This document shows positions 9,215-19,736 of a stretch of 64,000 nucleotides of DNA, piece after piece. Made by a program: the position numbers and the translations under genes. The DNA lies in contig CAYPIU010000006.1 of the NCBI GenBank assembly GCA_964410915.1, positions 2,447 through 66,446 on the forward strand, in the 5' to 3' direction. This DNA is from an uncultured Synergistales bacterium (GTDB lineage Bacteria; Synergistota; Synergistia; Synergistales; JAFGMB01). Numbering within the stretch: position 1 is the stretch's first letter; each line of letters opens with the position of its first letter. Below the pieces are notes generated by a model. It worked only from the letters and a program-made list of their open reading frames with translations, had not been told where the DNA came from and made no database searches.

Positions 9215-11220
9215 TTTTGAAGCTTGCGTTTTTCCTCAACTTCCTGGAATGCCTCAATAATGTCACCTTCAGAAATATCCTGATAGTTCTGAAGATTTAT
9301 TCCACATTCGTAACCAGCATTGACTTCCCTTGCATCGTCCTTAAATCTTCTGAGGGCGGCAATGTTACCCTGCCATTTTACGACTCCGTCAGTGATAACC
9401 CTGGCTCGGGCATTCCTTCGGATAACACCTTCAAGAACATAACATCCTGCGATCTGCCCCACTTTAGGCACTTTAAATACTTCCCTGACTTCAGCCTGTC
9501 CAAGGATCTCCTCACGAATGATGGGTTTAAGCATACCTTCAAGGGCAGCTTTTACATCATCAAGGAGATCGTAAATGACATTATATATCCTGATCTGGAC
9601 CCCTTCACGCTCAGCAACTTTTTTAGCATTGTTATCGGGTCTCACATTAAAAGCAACAATAATTGCATTAGAAGCTGCGGCAAGCATTACATCAGATTCC
9701 GATACTCTACCGGCTCCTTTGTGAACAAAATTGATACCAACTTCTGCGGTGGCCAGCTTGGCTACTGAGGACTCAACGGCTTCAGTTGAACCCTGGACAT
9801 CACATTTGAGCACGAGGTTAAGCTGAGGGACACCGCCTTCCTGCATTTGGGCATAAAGTTCCTCAAGAGTCATCTTTTTACTTGATACATTCTGATCCTG
9901 TCTTCTGGTTTGCTCCCTGTCTGCTGTAGTATCTCTCGCGACTTTTTCATTTTCAACCTTTGCAAAAGCTTCACCTGGTTGTGGAACCGAATTAAGTCCA
10001 AGTATTTCTACAGCAGTACTGGGACCAGCTTTTTTAACCTGATCACCTTTATGATCCAGCATCGCCCTGATTTTACCCCACGATGAATCCATGAGAATAA
10101 TATCTCCGGTTTCAAGTGTCCCCTGCTTTATGAGAACGGTGGCAACCGGACCTTTTCCTTTATCAAGTTTTGACTCAATGACAGTACCTTCAGCAATTAT
10201 TGTCGGGTCAGCTTTCAATTCTTCCATTTCAGCGACCAGAAGAAGCATTTCAAGAAGATGATCAACACCTTCACCGGATTTAGCCGATACATCTATCATT
10301 ACAGTATCTCCGCCCCATTCTTCCGGGACAAGACCTTTATCGGACAGTTGTTGTCTGACTCTATCCGAACGGGCACCAGGTTTATCAATTTTATTTACAG
10401 CTACAATGATTGGTACACCTGCTGCTTTAGCATGATTGATAGCTTCCTCTGTTTGAGGCATAACCCCGTCATCTGCAGCAACAACAAGAATAGCTATATC
10501 TGTGACCTGTGTACCTCGAGCTCTCATGGACGTGAAAGCTTCATGACCTGGTGTATCAAGAAATACTATTTCCTTGTCATTGTAACGGACACGGGAGGCT
10601 CCTATATGTTGTGTGATACCGCCAGCTTCACGCGCTGTTATATTTGTATCACGTATATAATCCAGAAGCGTTGTTTTACCATGATCGACATGGCCCATAA
10701 CAGTAACGACTGGTGAACGATATCGTGCATTATCACCTTTAACTTCCTTTTTCTTTCTCAGTCTTTCTCTGACGGATTCAGCTTCTGTCTCTGCTTCAAT
10801 TTCTTTTTTCTCAAATATTTCAAGATCAATGTCAAAAGCATCAGAAAGAATTACAAGAACTTCCTCTGATGCCGGCATATTTGCAGGAACCATCATTCCT
10901 GCAGCGACAAGTTCTCTGACTGCTTCACCAGCGGAAATTCCGATCATATCGGCAACATCCTTCACAGATGCTCCTGCAGGAACCTTTATCAATTGTTTGG
11001 AAACGTTTTTCTCTGAAGCTGAACTTTCGGCAGATTTGTTTCCTGTTTTCCCCGATTCAGTCTTGATAGTGTCTTCTATCAATTGTGCAGTTTCTGTATC
11101 GATAGAACTCATATGTGTTTTAACCTCGATGCCGAGATCGCCAAGCATATCGAGGAGTTCCCTGTTTGTTTTACCCAACATTTTTGCAAGTTCATACACC
11201 CTGATTTTACTCAATGGCAT
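9211..11220 (-). CDS. infB: Translation initiation factor IF-2
   Basis: 669 aa. G-domain motifs GHVDHGKTTLLD, DTPGHEAF and NKID. C-terminal IF2 domains are present. Confidence 0.97.
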   Translation of the reverse strand: MPLSKIRVYELAKMLGKTNRELLDMLGDLGIEVKTHMSSIDTETAQLIEDTIKTESGKTGNKSAESSASEKNVSKQLIKVPAGASVKDVADMIGISAGEAVRELVAAGMMVPANMPASEEVLVILSDAFDIDLEIFEKKEIEAETEAESVRERLRKKKEVKGDNARYRSPVVTVMGHVDHGKTTLLDYIRDTNITAREAGGITQHIGASRVRYNDKEIVFLDTPGHEAFTSMRARGTQVTDIAILVVAADDGVMPQTEEAINHAKAAGVPIIVAVNKIDKPGARSDRVRQQLSDKGLVPEEWGGDTVMIDVSAKSGEGVDHLLEMLLLVAEMEELKADPTIIAEGTVIESKLDKGKGPVATVLIKQGTLETGDIILMDSSWGKIRAMLDHKGDQVKKAGPSTAVEILGLNSVPQPGEAFAKVENEKVARDTTADREQTRRQDQNVSSKKMTLEELYAQMQEGGVPQLNLVLKCDVQGSTEAVESSVAKLATAEVGINFVHKGAGRVSESDVMLAAASNAIIVAFNVRPDNNAKKVAEREGVQIRIYNVIYDLLDDVKAALEGMLKPIIREEILGQAEVREVFKVPKVGQIAGCYVLEGVIRRNARARVITDGVVKWQGNIAALRRFKDDAREVNAGYECGINLQNYQDISEGDIIEAFQEVEEKRKLQK

Positions 11221-11548
11221 CTCCTCCTTGAGCTGAAAGCTGAAGTATCCCTTTTGACAAACCTGTGTTCAGATTTATTCCTATAACCTGAACATTGTTC
11301 AATCCCAGAGAGTCAGAAAGACATTTGCGGTCACATCCTACAAGTTCCAGAAGTTTGCACTTGTCCACTGATTCATAATACTTCAGTGTTTTAAAAACAG
11401 AATCAGAAAATTCTTCTGATAAAATAACCAGCAGTTTCCTGTTTTTACCAACACGGGATTTGATATTATCAAACCCGATAATGATCGAATTACCTTTTCT
11501 TGCCATGCCTAATAATGGGAGTAATTCCTGGTAATTCTTCACTTTCAA
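11207..11548 (-). CDS. ylxQ: L7Ae/L30e-family RNA-binding protein (YlxQ-like)
   Basis: 113 aa, located between ylxR and infB as in the Firmicutes nusA-infB operon. Confidence 0.75.
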   Translation of the reverse strand: MKVKNYQELLPLLGMARKGNSIIIGFDNIKSRVGKNRKLLVILSEEFSDSVFKTLKYYESVDKCKLLELVGCDRKCLSDSLGLNNVQVIGINLNTGLSKGILQLSAQGGDAIE

Positions 11549-11551
11549 TTA

Positions 11552-11845
11552 TCATTCCCCCATTTGCTTATCTTCAGCCTTTATAAGTTCTTCAAGTTGA
11601 TCATAGATCTCTGAACTGACATTTGTTTTTAAAGCTTTTCCCAGCGTATTTTTACTTTTTGCTCTGGAAAGACATTTAATATCAGGACAGATATATGCTC
11701 CTCTTCCCGGTGCTCTACCCGAAAGATCGATTTTGACTTTTCCTTCAGAGTTCCTGACTATCCTTAAGAGTTCTTTTTTACAGGTACTTTCTCCGCAACC
11801 AACACACGTCCGCGGTCTTGAACGCTTTCCCGTCAAGATTATCAC
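11552..11845 (-). CDS. ylxR: YlxR/DUF448 RNA-binding protein
   Basis: 97 aa. Motifs RTCVGCG...LLRIV and GRGAYIC are typical of YlxR. It directly follows nusA. Confidence 0.85.
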   Translation of the reverse strand: MIILTGKRSRPRTCVGCGESTCKKELLRIVRNSEGKVKIDLSGRAPGRGAYICPDIKCLSRAKSKNTLGKALKTNVSSEIYDQLEELIKAEDKQMGE

Positions 11846-12939
11846 TCATCTTCAGGAATGATATCCTGGAATATATCATGCAGAGTAGGCAGTTTTTCTG
11901 CTTCCAGGGCATTGATATCAATTTTCCATCCGGTCAATCGTGCTGATAGTCGAACATTCTGACCTGCTTTGCCAATAGCAAGAGAAAGCTGGTCTGGTCT
12001 CGCATAAACCTTAACAGCTTTTTCCTGTTCAAGCATTGGTTCAATTTTTACTATTCTTGCCGGAGAAAGTGAATTTCTGATGTACTGTAAAGGATCTGTA
12101 CTCCAGATAATTATATCGATTTTTTCTCCACAGAGTTCCTGACTGATAGATTTTATCCTTGCTCCGCTATTGCCAACACAAGCTCCAACAGGGTCTACGT
12201 TTGGATCATTTGACAAGACAGCTAACTTTGCCCTTGCACCTGCTTCCCTTACAATTCCCTTTATTTCAATTACATCGTCAACTATCTCAGGAACTTCGAG
12301 TTCCAGCAGTTTCCTTAGAAGACCCGGGTGTGTCCTTGAAACAACGATTCTTGGCCCACGGGTGGTCTGTCTAACATCAAGGAGATAAAACTTCTTTCTT
12401 TCTCCAGGATAATATTGTTCAGTAACTATTCTTTCTTCTCTTGGCAGTATTGCTTCGGTTCTATTGTTAAGACGTACCAGGACCTGGTCATTTTCAGCTT
12501 TAACTATTATCCCCGTTACAAGATCACCTATGCGATCTGCAAACTCATTAAATATGATTTCTCTTTCTGCATCTTTTAATCTCTGTATTATTACCTGGCG
12601 GGCTGTCTGCGCTGCAATTCTTCCAAAGTTTACAGGATTTGCCTCTATTCTTATAATATCACCAGGTTCTATATCTGGATAATCAAGAGACCGTGCTTCT
12701 TCAATAGTCATTTCAGTATCAGGAGAATTAATCTCTTCAACAATCGTCCGAACCTCATAGATCGATACATTACCGTTATCAAGATCAATAAACACCTCAA
12801 TATTCTGATTACCGCCCCTGTATTTCCGGTAAGCGGAAATAATTGCAGCTTCCAGGCTTGAAGATATAACTTCTTCTGGAAGTCCTCTTTCACTTGTAAG
12901 CTGTTTTAAAGCACGGACGAAATCACGTCCAAGTAACAT
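11842..12939 (-). CDS. nusA: Transcription termination/antitermination factor NusA
   Basis: 365 aa with N-terminal domain, S1 domain and two KH domains (PVGACVGNSGARIKSI, LAIGKAGQNVRLSARLTGWKIDI). Confidence 0.96.
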   Translation of the reverse strand: MLLGRDFVRALKQLTSERGLPEEVISSSLEAAIISAYRKYRGGNQNIEVFIDLDNGNVSIYEVRTIVEEINSPDTEMTIEEARSLDYPDIEPGDIIRIEANPVNFGRIAAQTARQVIIQRLKDAEREIIFNEFADRIGDLVTGIIVKAENDQVLVRLNNRTEAILPREERIVTEQYYPGERKKFYLLDVRQTTRGPRIVVSRTHPGLLRKLLELEVPEIVDDVIEIKGIVREAGARAKLAVLSNDPNVDPVGACVGNSGARIKSISQELCGEKIDIIIWSTDPLQYIRNSLSPARIVKIEPMLEQEKAVKVYARPDQLSLAIGKAGQNVRLSARLTGWKIDINALEAEKLPTLHDIFQDIIPEDE

Positions 12940-12981
12940 TTAGTTTATCCCCCTTTTACAAATTTCAGAATTTAGGCAGTT

Positions 12982-13464
12982 CTATTTTTTTGTATCTCCA
13001 TCCCATACAAGATTGGCTTTAGTTATCTTTTCAATTTCAATCTCAAAGGATTCAGTGGAATCTGTTTTTATTGTGATAATATTTTCTCTGACCGAATCTA
13101 TAGTACCTGTAAACTTTCTCCTGCCTTCTATTGGCACCCTTGTTTTGATCCTGACAAGATCACCAGCAAATCTAAGATAGTCATCTATTCTAAACAAAGG
13201 TCTTTCCAGGCCAGGAGAGCTGACCTCAAGATAATACCTGTCTCCAGGTTCAAGTTTACTGTCTTCTTCAAAAAAACGATTTACTGCTTTAGATACATTT
13301 TCACAATCTTTAACCACTATTCCACCCAGAGAATCTATGTAAATGCGAAGAGTGGTCCTTTCATGTTCGTTTATGAATTGTATCCCGACGAACTCATAAC
13401 CTTCATTTTCAACTATTTCTCTTATCTTAAGCTCAAGAGGAAATGCGACATTCCCTTTTTTCAA
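12982..13464 (-). CDS. rimP: Ribosome maturation factor RimP
   Basis: 160 aa with a TTG start. Contains YYLEVSSPGLERPL. It is the first gene of the nusA operon. Confidence 0.9.
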   Translation of the reverse strand: MKKGNVAFPLELKIREIVENEGYEFVGIQFINEHERTTLRIYIDSLGGIVVKDCENVSKAVNRFFEEDSKLEPGDRYYLEVSSPGLERPLFRIDDYLRFAGDLVRIKTRVPIEGRRKFTGTIDSVRENIITIKTDSTESFEIEIEKITKANLVWDGDTKK

Positions 13465-13501
13465 AATAGATCAACTCCAGGAACTTATTCTTAATTCTGT
13501 A

Positions 13502-13534
13502 ACAAAAAACAAAGAGTGGGAAAAACCCACTCTT
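13502..13534 (-). terminator. Rho-independent terminator after guaB
   Basis: Minus strand reads AAGAGTGGG-TTTTT-CCCACTCTT (13534..13512) followed by TGTTTTTTGTT. Confidence 0.75.
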
Positions 13535-13629
13535 CTGGCAAGATAAAATATAACCCACATGAAAGTATACCATGCGATATGAAAAAATTACAAGTTACTC
13601 TACTTTACCAACTCAATAAACAGAGATGA

Positions 13630-15105
13630 TTATTCGACCCAGTAATTAGGTGCTTCCTTAGTTACTACTACATCATGAGGATGGCTTTCCTTTACACCTG
13701 CTGGAGATATCCGGACAAATTCTGAATTATCCTGAAGTTGTGCTATGTTTGCTGCCCCAACATAGCCCATCCCGGATTTAAGACCTCCAGCCAATTGATA
13801 AATGACACCATTCAGTGACCCCTTATAAGCTGCTAAACCTTCAATTCCTTCAGGAACAAGTTTATCCACCTCGGAGTTTTCCTGGAAGTACCGGTCCTTA
13901 CTTCTTCCTTCTTTCATAGCTGCTATAGACCCCATACCTCTGTAACTCTTGTAAGAACGTCCTCTATATATAACAACTTCTCCCGGGCTTTCTTCGGTAC
14001 CTGCAAACAGGGAGCCGATCATAACCGTATCTGCACCAGCTGCAATAGCTTTTACAATGTCTCCGGAAAATCTTATTCCACCATCAGCAATAACTTTTTT
14101 CCCATTAGCATGAGCAACTTTAGATACATTCATTATTGCTGCAAGCTGTGGAACTCCAATTCCGGCAATTATTCTCGTAGTACATATCGAACCAGGACCT
14201 ACTCCCACTTTTAATCCGTCGACTCCTGCTTCAATAAGCGCTTCAGCTGCATCAGCTGTAGCTATGTTACCTCCAATAATACCCAGTTCAGGGAAAAGTC
14301 GGCGTATCTCTTTGATACTTGAAATAACTTTCTGGGAATGACCATGTGCAGTATCAACAACAATTACATCAACACCGGACTTGACAAGGGCCTTAGCTCT
14401 TTCAACCGAAGAAACATCAACCCCGATAGCTGCACCAACAAGTAATCTTCCATGATGATCTTTGCTCGAATTCGGAAAATCTTTGACCTTTTGAATATCT
14501 TTTATTGTGATAAGGCCTTTTAGTTTAAAATCATTATCTACTATTGGAAGTTTTTCTATCTTGTGTTTCATTAGAATATCCTTAGCATCTTCAAGCTTGG
14601 TACCTTCAGCTGCTGTAACCAGATTTTCCTTCGTCATTACATTTTTGATCAGTTGAGAATAATCCTTAATGAAACGAAGATCCCTGTTGGTTATTATTCC
14701 AACAAGTCTTCGTGTACTATCGACAATTGGTACACCAGAAATATGATAATGTTCCATAAGCGAGACTGCTTCTTCAATCCTGTCATCAGGATTAAGATAA
14801 AACGGATTAACAATAACACCTGATTCTGAACGCTTTACAAGATCTACTTCTTTACACTGTTCCTCAATACTGTTGTTACGATGAATTATGCCGATCCCGC
14901 CTTCTCTTGCAATTGAAATAGCAAGTCTCGCTTCAGTAACAGTATCCATAGCAGCACTGCAAACGGGCATATTCAGAGGGATCCCTTTAAGAAGTTCCGT
15001 ACGAAAATCAACCTCGGAAGGAACAACATTACTGTAACCGGGAACAAGAAGAACATCATCGAAAGTAAGACCTTCATAATCTACAAATCTTGAGTTAACA
15101 CTCAT
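13630..15105 (-). CDS. guaB: IMP dehydrogenase
   Basis: 491 aa. A CBS pair is inserted in a TIM barrel. Contains the catalytic loop [11 protein letters not shown] and GGIRFSGD. Confidence 0.97.
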   Translation of the reverse strand: MSVNSRFVDYEGLTFDDVLLVPGYSNVVPSEVDFRTELLKGIPLNMPVCSAAMDTVTEARLAISIAREGGIGIIHRNNSIEEQCKEVDLVKRSESGVIVNPFYLNPDDRIEEAVSLMEHYHISGVPIVDSTRRLVGIITNRDLRFIKDYSQLIKNVMTKENLVTAAEGTKLEDAKDILMKHKIEKLPIVDNDFKLKGLITIKDIQKVKDFPNSSKDHHGRLLVGAAIGVDVSSVERAKALVKSGVDVIVVDTAHGHSQKVISSIKEIRRLFPELGIIGGNIATADAAEALIEAGVDGLKVGVGPGSICTTRIIAGIGVPQLAAIMNVSKVAHANGKKVIADGGIRFSGDIVKAIAAGADTVMIGSLFAGTEESPGEVVIYRGRSYKSYRGMGSIAAMKEGRSKDRYFQENSEVDKLVPEGIEGLAAYKGSLNGVIYQLAGGLKSGMGYVGAANIAQLQDNSEFVRISPAGVKESHPHDVVVTKEAPNYWVE

Positions 15106-15208
15106 TATTTCACCTCCGGTATAATCAATTACTCTAAAACAATTCTACTGAATAAAAATAGTGTTAATTACATTTTTATATAAAAGTCCCAGAAAACTGT
15201 TTTGGATG

Positions 15209-15237
15209 ATTTTAAGGTCATCACCGCAAAAGTGCAA
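15209..15237 (-). promoter_or_regulatory. Putative promoter for guaB
   Basis: Minus strand reads TTGCAC (15237..15232), a 17-nt spacer, then TAAAAT (15214..15209). This implies a leader of about 100 nt ahead of the GGAGGTG RBS. Confidence 0.3.
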
Positions 15238-15316
15238 GCTTAATCTGAAATAATCAGGATATGAGATCAGGAAGTAAGGCATTTTAATATAAAATACTTA
15301 TTAACAAGAAAAAAGA

Positions 15317-16486
15317 TCAGTATAATCGTTCAGTTCTCGAAACACAGGCTAAAGCCCATGCCTGCATACATTCACATGAACCCACCGATCCAATTTTTTC
15401 ACCTGATTTGAATTTTAAACTGAGTACCGGAGAATGATCGCCGAATTCGAGGAATATTCGATCAAGATTTCTCTGAATAAGGTAGGAATAAGGCTGAAGT
15501 TTTGGTTTCTGGGCATGTAAAACGACATCGATAGATTCAATAACCCAGTTTGCTTCTTTCAGGATATCAATTACATTATTAAGAAGTACAGTACTTTGAA
15601 TATTTTTATAAACAGGATCAGAAGCAGGGAATAAAACTCCAATATCCGGTTTTCCTATAGCTCCTAAAAGGGAATCACAAATAACATGCACCAGAATGTC
15701 TGCATCCGAATGACCTTCCAGCCCCAGAGGAAAATCCGGAATGTCGATACCTCCAATTACAAGTTTTCTTCCGGGAATCAGTGGATGCAGATCATATCCA
15801 GTTCCGGTTCTTGTAACTGAAAATGGCCTGGCTATACTTTCCGCAAGATCCCAGTCTGAAGTGTATGTTATCTTAAAGTTCTGCGGATGTCCCGGAACCT
15901 GGCGGATATTATATCCTGCATCCATCCAGGCTTCAGCTTCATCCTTAAATTTTTCAGAACTGTTGGAAAGTATCTCCATAAGTCTTTTACGGGGAAAAGC
16001 CTGGGGAGTTTGAGTCCTAAAGAGGTCGCTGTTATTCACTACCTTAAGCGAATTATCATCTGAAGTCCTTTTTAGAGCATCTGCAACAGGAATGCAGGGT
16101 ATAGCTCCTGTATCAGAACTGGTTTCATTCATAACCCTCAACACAAGATCTTCAGTAAGAAAAGGTCTTGCGGCATCATGTATCAATACATATTCATGAT
16201 CAGAAACCGTAAGCGCATTATATACAGAATCTCTTCGATCAAACCCACTTTTCACAAACTTAGTTGGGATATCAATCCCCTGCATCAGGTTTCGGCATTC
16301 TTCGATTTTTTCATCTGGAAAAGCAACCACGCAATCATTAATATGTCCAGAATTATACAGTTTTTCAGCCAACTTGAAACTCCACATCCACATTGGCATA
16401 CAAGAGAGCTGGCGGAACTGTTTTGGAGTTCCGCCGATTCTCTTTCCACTTCCTCCAGCTACAATAATAAATGTCCAGCTGTTCAA
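15317..16486 (-). CDS. ispDF: Bifunctional IspD/IspF (MEP cytidylyltransferase / MEcPP synthase)
   Basis: 389 aa. N-terminal motif VAGGSGKRIG (IspD) and C-terminal motifs GYDLHPL...GHSDADILVHVICDSLLGA (IspF). Confidence 0.93.
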   Translation of the reverse strand: MNSWTFIIVAGGSGKRIGGTPKQFRQLSCMPMWMWSFKLAEKLYNSGHINDCVVAFPDEKIEECRNLMQGIDIPTKFVKSGFDRRDSVYNALTVSDHEYVLIHDAARPFLTEDLVLRVMNETSSDTGAIPCIPVADALKRTSDDNSLKVVNNSDLFRTQTPQAFPRKRLMEILSNSSEKFKDEAEAWMDAGYNIRQVPGHPQNFKITYTSDWDLAESIARPFSVTRTGTGYDLHPLIPGRKLVIGGIDIPDFPLGLEGHSDADILVHVICDSLLGAIGKPDIGVLFPASDPVYKNIQSTVLLNNVIDILKEANWVIESIDVVLHAQKPKLQPYSYLIQRNLDRIFLEFGDHSPVLSLKFKSGEKIGSVGSCECMQAWALACVSRTERLY

Positions 16487-17649
16487 ATCTTAACCTCTCT
16501 GCGGATCTTCCCGAATACCATTCTCCCTGCCGAAGTCTGTAACATCGAAGTGACTACAACTTCAACTCTCTTGCCAATGTAACCCTCACCATCTTCAACC
16601 ACAAGCATGGTTCCATCATCAAGGTAACCAACCCCCTGGTGCATTTCCTTACCTTCCCTGATCACATCAACATTTATTGTCTCTCCTGGAAGTAACATCG
16701 GTTTTAATGCATTTGCGAGATCATTTACATTCAGGACTGAAAGCCCCTGGATCTGTGCTATCTTGTTTAAATTGTAATCTGTAGTCAGAATATCGGCTCC
16801 TACCTTTGCGCCTAAAGCAACCAGTCCCTCATCAACTGATTCAACTTCAAGGCTTTTAAGGTTCTCTTCTACTATCTGAATATTAATTGTATTTATTTTT
16901 TGAAGAGAATTAACAACATCAAGACCTCTTCTTCCTCTGGTACGCCTTGCCGGGTCAGTTGAATCTGCAACTGCCTGAAGCTCGATCAATATAAATCTGG
17001 GCAGGATCAGGATCCCTTCAAGAAAACCTGTTTTGGCAATGTCAAGAATCCTTCCATCAATTATTACGCTGGTATCAAGTACCTTTTTTCTCGCTTCACC
17101 TGCTTCAGTTAAATAAGCTGATTCACCATTGCTCCCGAGTTGTTTGACCTTAAGGTTCTGAAAACGTTCCTTCAGCCCTTTTATTGGTGATAATACACCA
17201 GCAAGATCATGTTGCCTTTTGAGTACGAGCCTTGCACCCAGATAACCGAGAACAACGTTCAGAAATACAGCAAAATAACTCCCGAAGGGAAGTTCTGAAA
17301 ATGGAAGTGCAATAAGATTTGCCAGAAGGAGTCCAATTATAAGGCCCATAGTTGCAGCACTTATATCCTGCCAGCTTGTTGACTGTAGCTGTTTCTCAAA
17401 AAAAGATCCTATAAAGCCCAATCCTGATACTACAAGTGGTGCAAGTAAAAATCCGATCAAAGCAAAAATAAGTACAGAAATAAGATGGAACATAACTGGA
17501 CCAGGTATGTACGGTATATTTATCTGTAACCAGACTTGAGGTACTTTGGGCATTAAATACATACTCAGTTCATAGCCGGCGATTCCACCTACCATGGTCA
17601 ACAAACCCCTAAATCCAATTCTCACCATTTTCCCGGGACTTTCAGCCAT
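16483..17649 (-). CDS. yacL: PIN/TRAM domain membrane protein (YacL-like)
   Basis: 388 aa. N-terminal TM helices, a PIN domain (VLDTSVIIDGRI, TTDYNLNKIAQIQGLSVLNVNDLA) and a C-terminal TRAM domain. The yacL-ispD-ispF order matches B. subtilis. Confidence 0.85.
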   Translation of the reverse strand: MAESPGKMVRIGFRGLLTMVGGIAGYELSMYLMPKVPQVWLQINIPYIPGPVMFHLISVLIFALIGFLLAPLVVSGLGFIGSFFEKQLQSTSWQDISAATMGLIIGLLLANLIALPFSELPFGSYFAVFLNVVLGYLGARLVLKRQHDLAGVLSPIKGLKERFQNLKVKQLGSNGESAYLTEAGEARKKVLDTSVIIDGRILDIAKTGFLEGILILPRFILIELQAVADSTDPARRTRGRRGLDVVNSLQKINTINIQIVEENLKSLEVESVDEGLVALGAKVGADILTTDYNLNKIAQIQGLSVLNVNDLANALKPMLLPGETINVDVIREGKEMHQGVGYLDDGTMLVVEDGEGYIGKRVEVVVTSMLQTSAGRMVFGKIRREVKI

Positions 17650-17653
17650 CTAC

Positions 17654-18274
17654 TCACTCCTTTCCATTTCTTCCTTTGTTAAGCCTGATCCTTGATTCGA
17701 GTGCCGCATGAATCGTGACCCTGTCCGCAAATTCTATACTACCTCCAACAGGAAGACCATAAGCCAGTCTTGAAACATTAACATCAAGATCTTCCAGCAC
17801 ATCCAAAAGTTCAAAATATGTCATATCACCTTCTATCCTTGGACTCGTAGCAATTATTACCTCATCAATATCGAATGATAGTATGCGGTTCTTGAGCTTG
17901 CAAAGTACTGCTTCGTCAAGGTCCTCACCGTCCAGGGGGGAATATCTCGCACCAAGGACATGATATATCCCGGAATATACGCCAGACTGTTCAATACTTA
18001 TAAGGTCCTCTGATGTTTCTGTAACCAGAAGAGTATTACGATCTCGCAACATATCTGAACAGATAGAACATGGATCAATGTCAGTTATGTTTCCACAAAC
18101 CGGACAGGGATGAAGTTTCGTTCTCATTTCAATTAATGCTCCGGAAAGCTCCTGTACATATGTTTCAGATTCCTGCATAAGGGAAAAAGCCATGCGTCTC
18201 GCACTTTTTTCACCAATGCCAGGTAATTTCTTAAATACATTTATAAGTCTCTCTAAAGGTTCAGGAAGAGCCAC
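17654..18274 (-). CDS. recR: Recombination protein RecR
   Basis: 206 aa with an HhH N-terminus, a Cys4 zinc finger (CPVCGNITDIDPCSIC) and a Toprim domain. Confidence 0.95.
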   Translation of the reverse strand: MALPEPLERLINVFKKLPGIGEKSARRMAFSLMQESETYVQELSGALIEMRTKLHPCPVCGNITDIDPCSICSDMLRDRNTLLVTETSEDLISIEQSGVYSGIYHVLGARYSPLDGEDLDEAVLCKLKNRILSFDIDEVIIATSPRIEGDMTYFELLDVLEDLDVNVSRLAYGLPVGGSIEFADRVTIHAALESRIRLNKGRNGKE

Positions 18275-18288
18275 CTCTTACCCCCTGA

Positions 18289-18612
18289 CTACATTATCCC
18301 AAGATTTCCAAGACCACCGGCAAGACCGCCCATTCTGGAACTTGAAAGTTCCTTACTTTTCTGTAAAGCATCATTTATCGCAGCAAGAACAAGGTCTTCC
18401 AGCATCTCCCTGTCCTCCGGATCAATTACTTCCGGCTCGATCGATATACTTCGAATATCGCCCTGGCCGTTAGCCATAACTGTTACCATACCACCTCCAG
18501 CATTACCTTCAACAGTTTCGTTTTCAAGTTCTTTCTGGATACGAGCCATTTCAGCCTGCATCTTTTGGGCCTGTTTCATAATATTATTCATTTTCATTTT
18601 TCTTACCTCCAA
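18289..18612 (-). CDS. ybaB: Nucleoid-associated protein YbaB/EbfC
   Basis: 107 aa. Contains [19 protein letters not shown]. Lies upstream of recR, a conserved pairing. Confidence 0.92.
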   Translation of the reverse strand: MEVRKMKMNNIMKQAQKMQAEMARIQKELENETVEGNAGGGMVTVMANGQGDIRSISIEPEVIDPEDREMLEDLVLAAINDALQKSKELSSSRMGGLAGGLGNLGIM

Positions 18613-18615
18613 AAA

Positions 18616-19080
18616 TTAGTGATGATAGGAACTCCCTGCTATAATACTCAAAGCTCTGTATAATTGCTCTGCAAGAAAAACCGTACAGAGTTCATGGGGA
18701 AACGTCATCCGGGATAATGACAGTAACATGTCAGCTCTTTCATGTAAAGAACTGCAAACACCGTAAGCTCCACCTATGATAAAAACAATTCTTCCTGGCG
18801 TATTTGACATTGAATCTGACAAAAAACTGGAAAGGCCCGTACTTGACATTGTTTTTCCTTTTTCATCAAGCAGGACCACAAAATCTCTCTGCTTCAAGAC
18901 TTTTCTAAGGTTTTCGGTTTCTTTCTGTTTTGCTCTTTCAACATTTCCCCTTGTTGAGAATTCGCTGACTGTTTCCCATTTTAATGGTGCGAACTGACAG
19001 CTTCTTTCAATGTAGCGATTTGCAATTGTGTACATTTGCCTGTCTTTAATTTTTCCTACTGTCAGCAACATAAGTTTCAT
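18616..19080 (-). CDS. rlmH: 23S rRNA (pseudouridine1915-N3)-methyltransferase RlmH
   Basis: 154 aa, SPOUT fold. C-terminus reads LSLSRMTFPHELCTVFLAEQLYRA. The start overlaps the atpD stop by 4 nt. Confidence 0.9.
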   Translation of the reverse strand: MKLMLLTVGKIKDRQMYTIANRYIERSCQFAPLKWETVSEFSTRGNVERAKQKETENLRKVLKQRDFVVLLDEKGKTMSSTGLSSFLSDSMSNTPGRIVFIIGGAYGVCSSLHERADMLLSLSRMTFPHELCTVFLAEQLYRALSIIAGSSYHH

Positions 19081-19736
19081 AATATTTTCCCCTGCTGACT
19101 TTCTGATCTATTTTTTATCTTTTTCTTTTTTATCTTTTTGACTGCAAACTGTTCCTGTCTGGCCCGTTCAGATAATACCTCAGTAATGAATTTCTGTTCC
19201 TCCTGCAGGTCCGGTAGTATTACATGCTCCAGTGAGTTAATTTTTAAAAGGCTCTTCCTGAGTTCAGATTCAAGAGCAACGATCCTTGTTCTCAGATTTA
19301 TATACTCCCAGAGTAAAGTTCTCATATTTTCAAGGGATACCAGAAGATCATCGACATATAAAGAAGTCATAGCAGGATCATAAGAAGGAGTATCAAGATT
19401 ACCATCTGATCCCTGTATTGGTTTGAACTGACTGTAAGAACATCCCATTATGCTTGTCACTTTCTCCGTTACACGGGTATAGGCCCTACCCGGTTTCATG
19501 ATCTGTAATATACCCTGCCCTTCATACATTCGGACAAGGGAATAATAGGTACTCATATCAGCACAAAGACGGGTAAACTGAATTTCAAGTTCTCTGAAAC
19601 GGATTCTGTCATTCTCAAGTTTCCTCATAAGAACATCCCGCTTTTTTTCAAGAAGGCCTTTCCCATATTGTACTGCTTCCTGCTGATGTTTTACATCGAG
19701 CAACTGTTCTCTGGTTGGAGGTCTTTTGCTACTCAT
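19077..19736 (-). CDS. atpD: A/V-type ATPase subunit D
   Basis: The track ORF (to 19907) overlaps subunit B. The biologically sensible start is ATG at 19736 (MSSKRPPTREQLLDVKHQ...), giving an ATGAGTAG overlap with the subunit B stop. The product is a 219-aa coiled-coil protein typical of subunit D. Confidence 0.9.
   Translation of the reverse strand: MSSKRPPTREQLLDVKHQQEAVQYGKGLLEKKRDVLMRKLENDRIRFRELEIQFTRLCADMSTYYSLVRMYEGQGILQIMKPGRAYTRVTEKVTSIMGCSYSQFKPIQGSDGNLDTPSYDPAMTSLYVDDLLVSLENMRTLLWEYINLRTRIVALESELRKSLLKINSLEHVILPDLQEEQKFITEVLSERARQEQFAVKKIKKKKIKNRSESQQGKIL

Noticed and set aside
15106-15316. A possible purine riboswitch in the 211-nt guaB leader
   Set aside because: No conserved purine-riboswitch core is visible (no three-way junction with the UUUCUACC and CCGUAAAU segments). 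The region is AT-rich, with only a plausible promoter.
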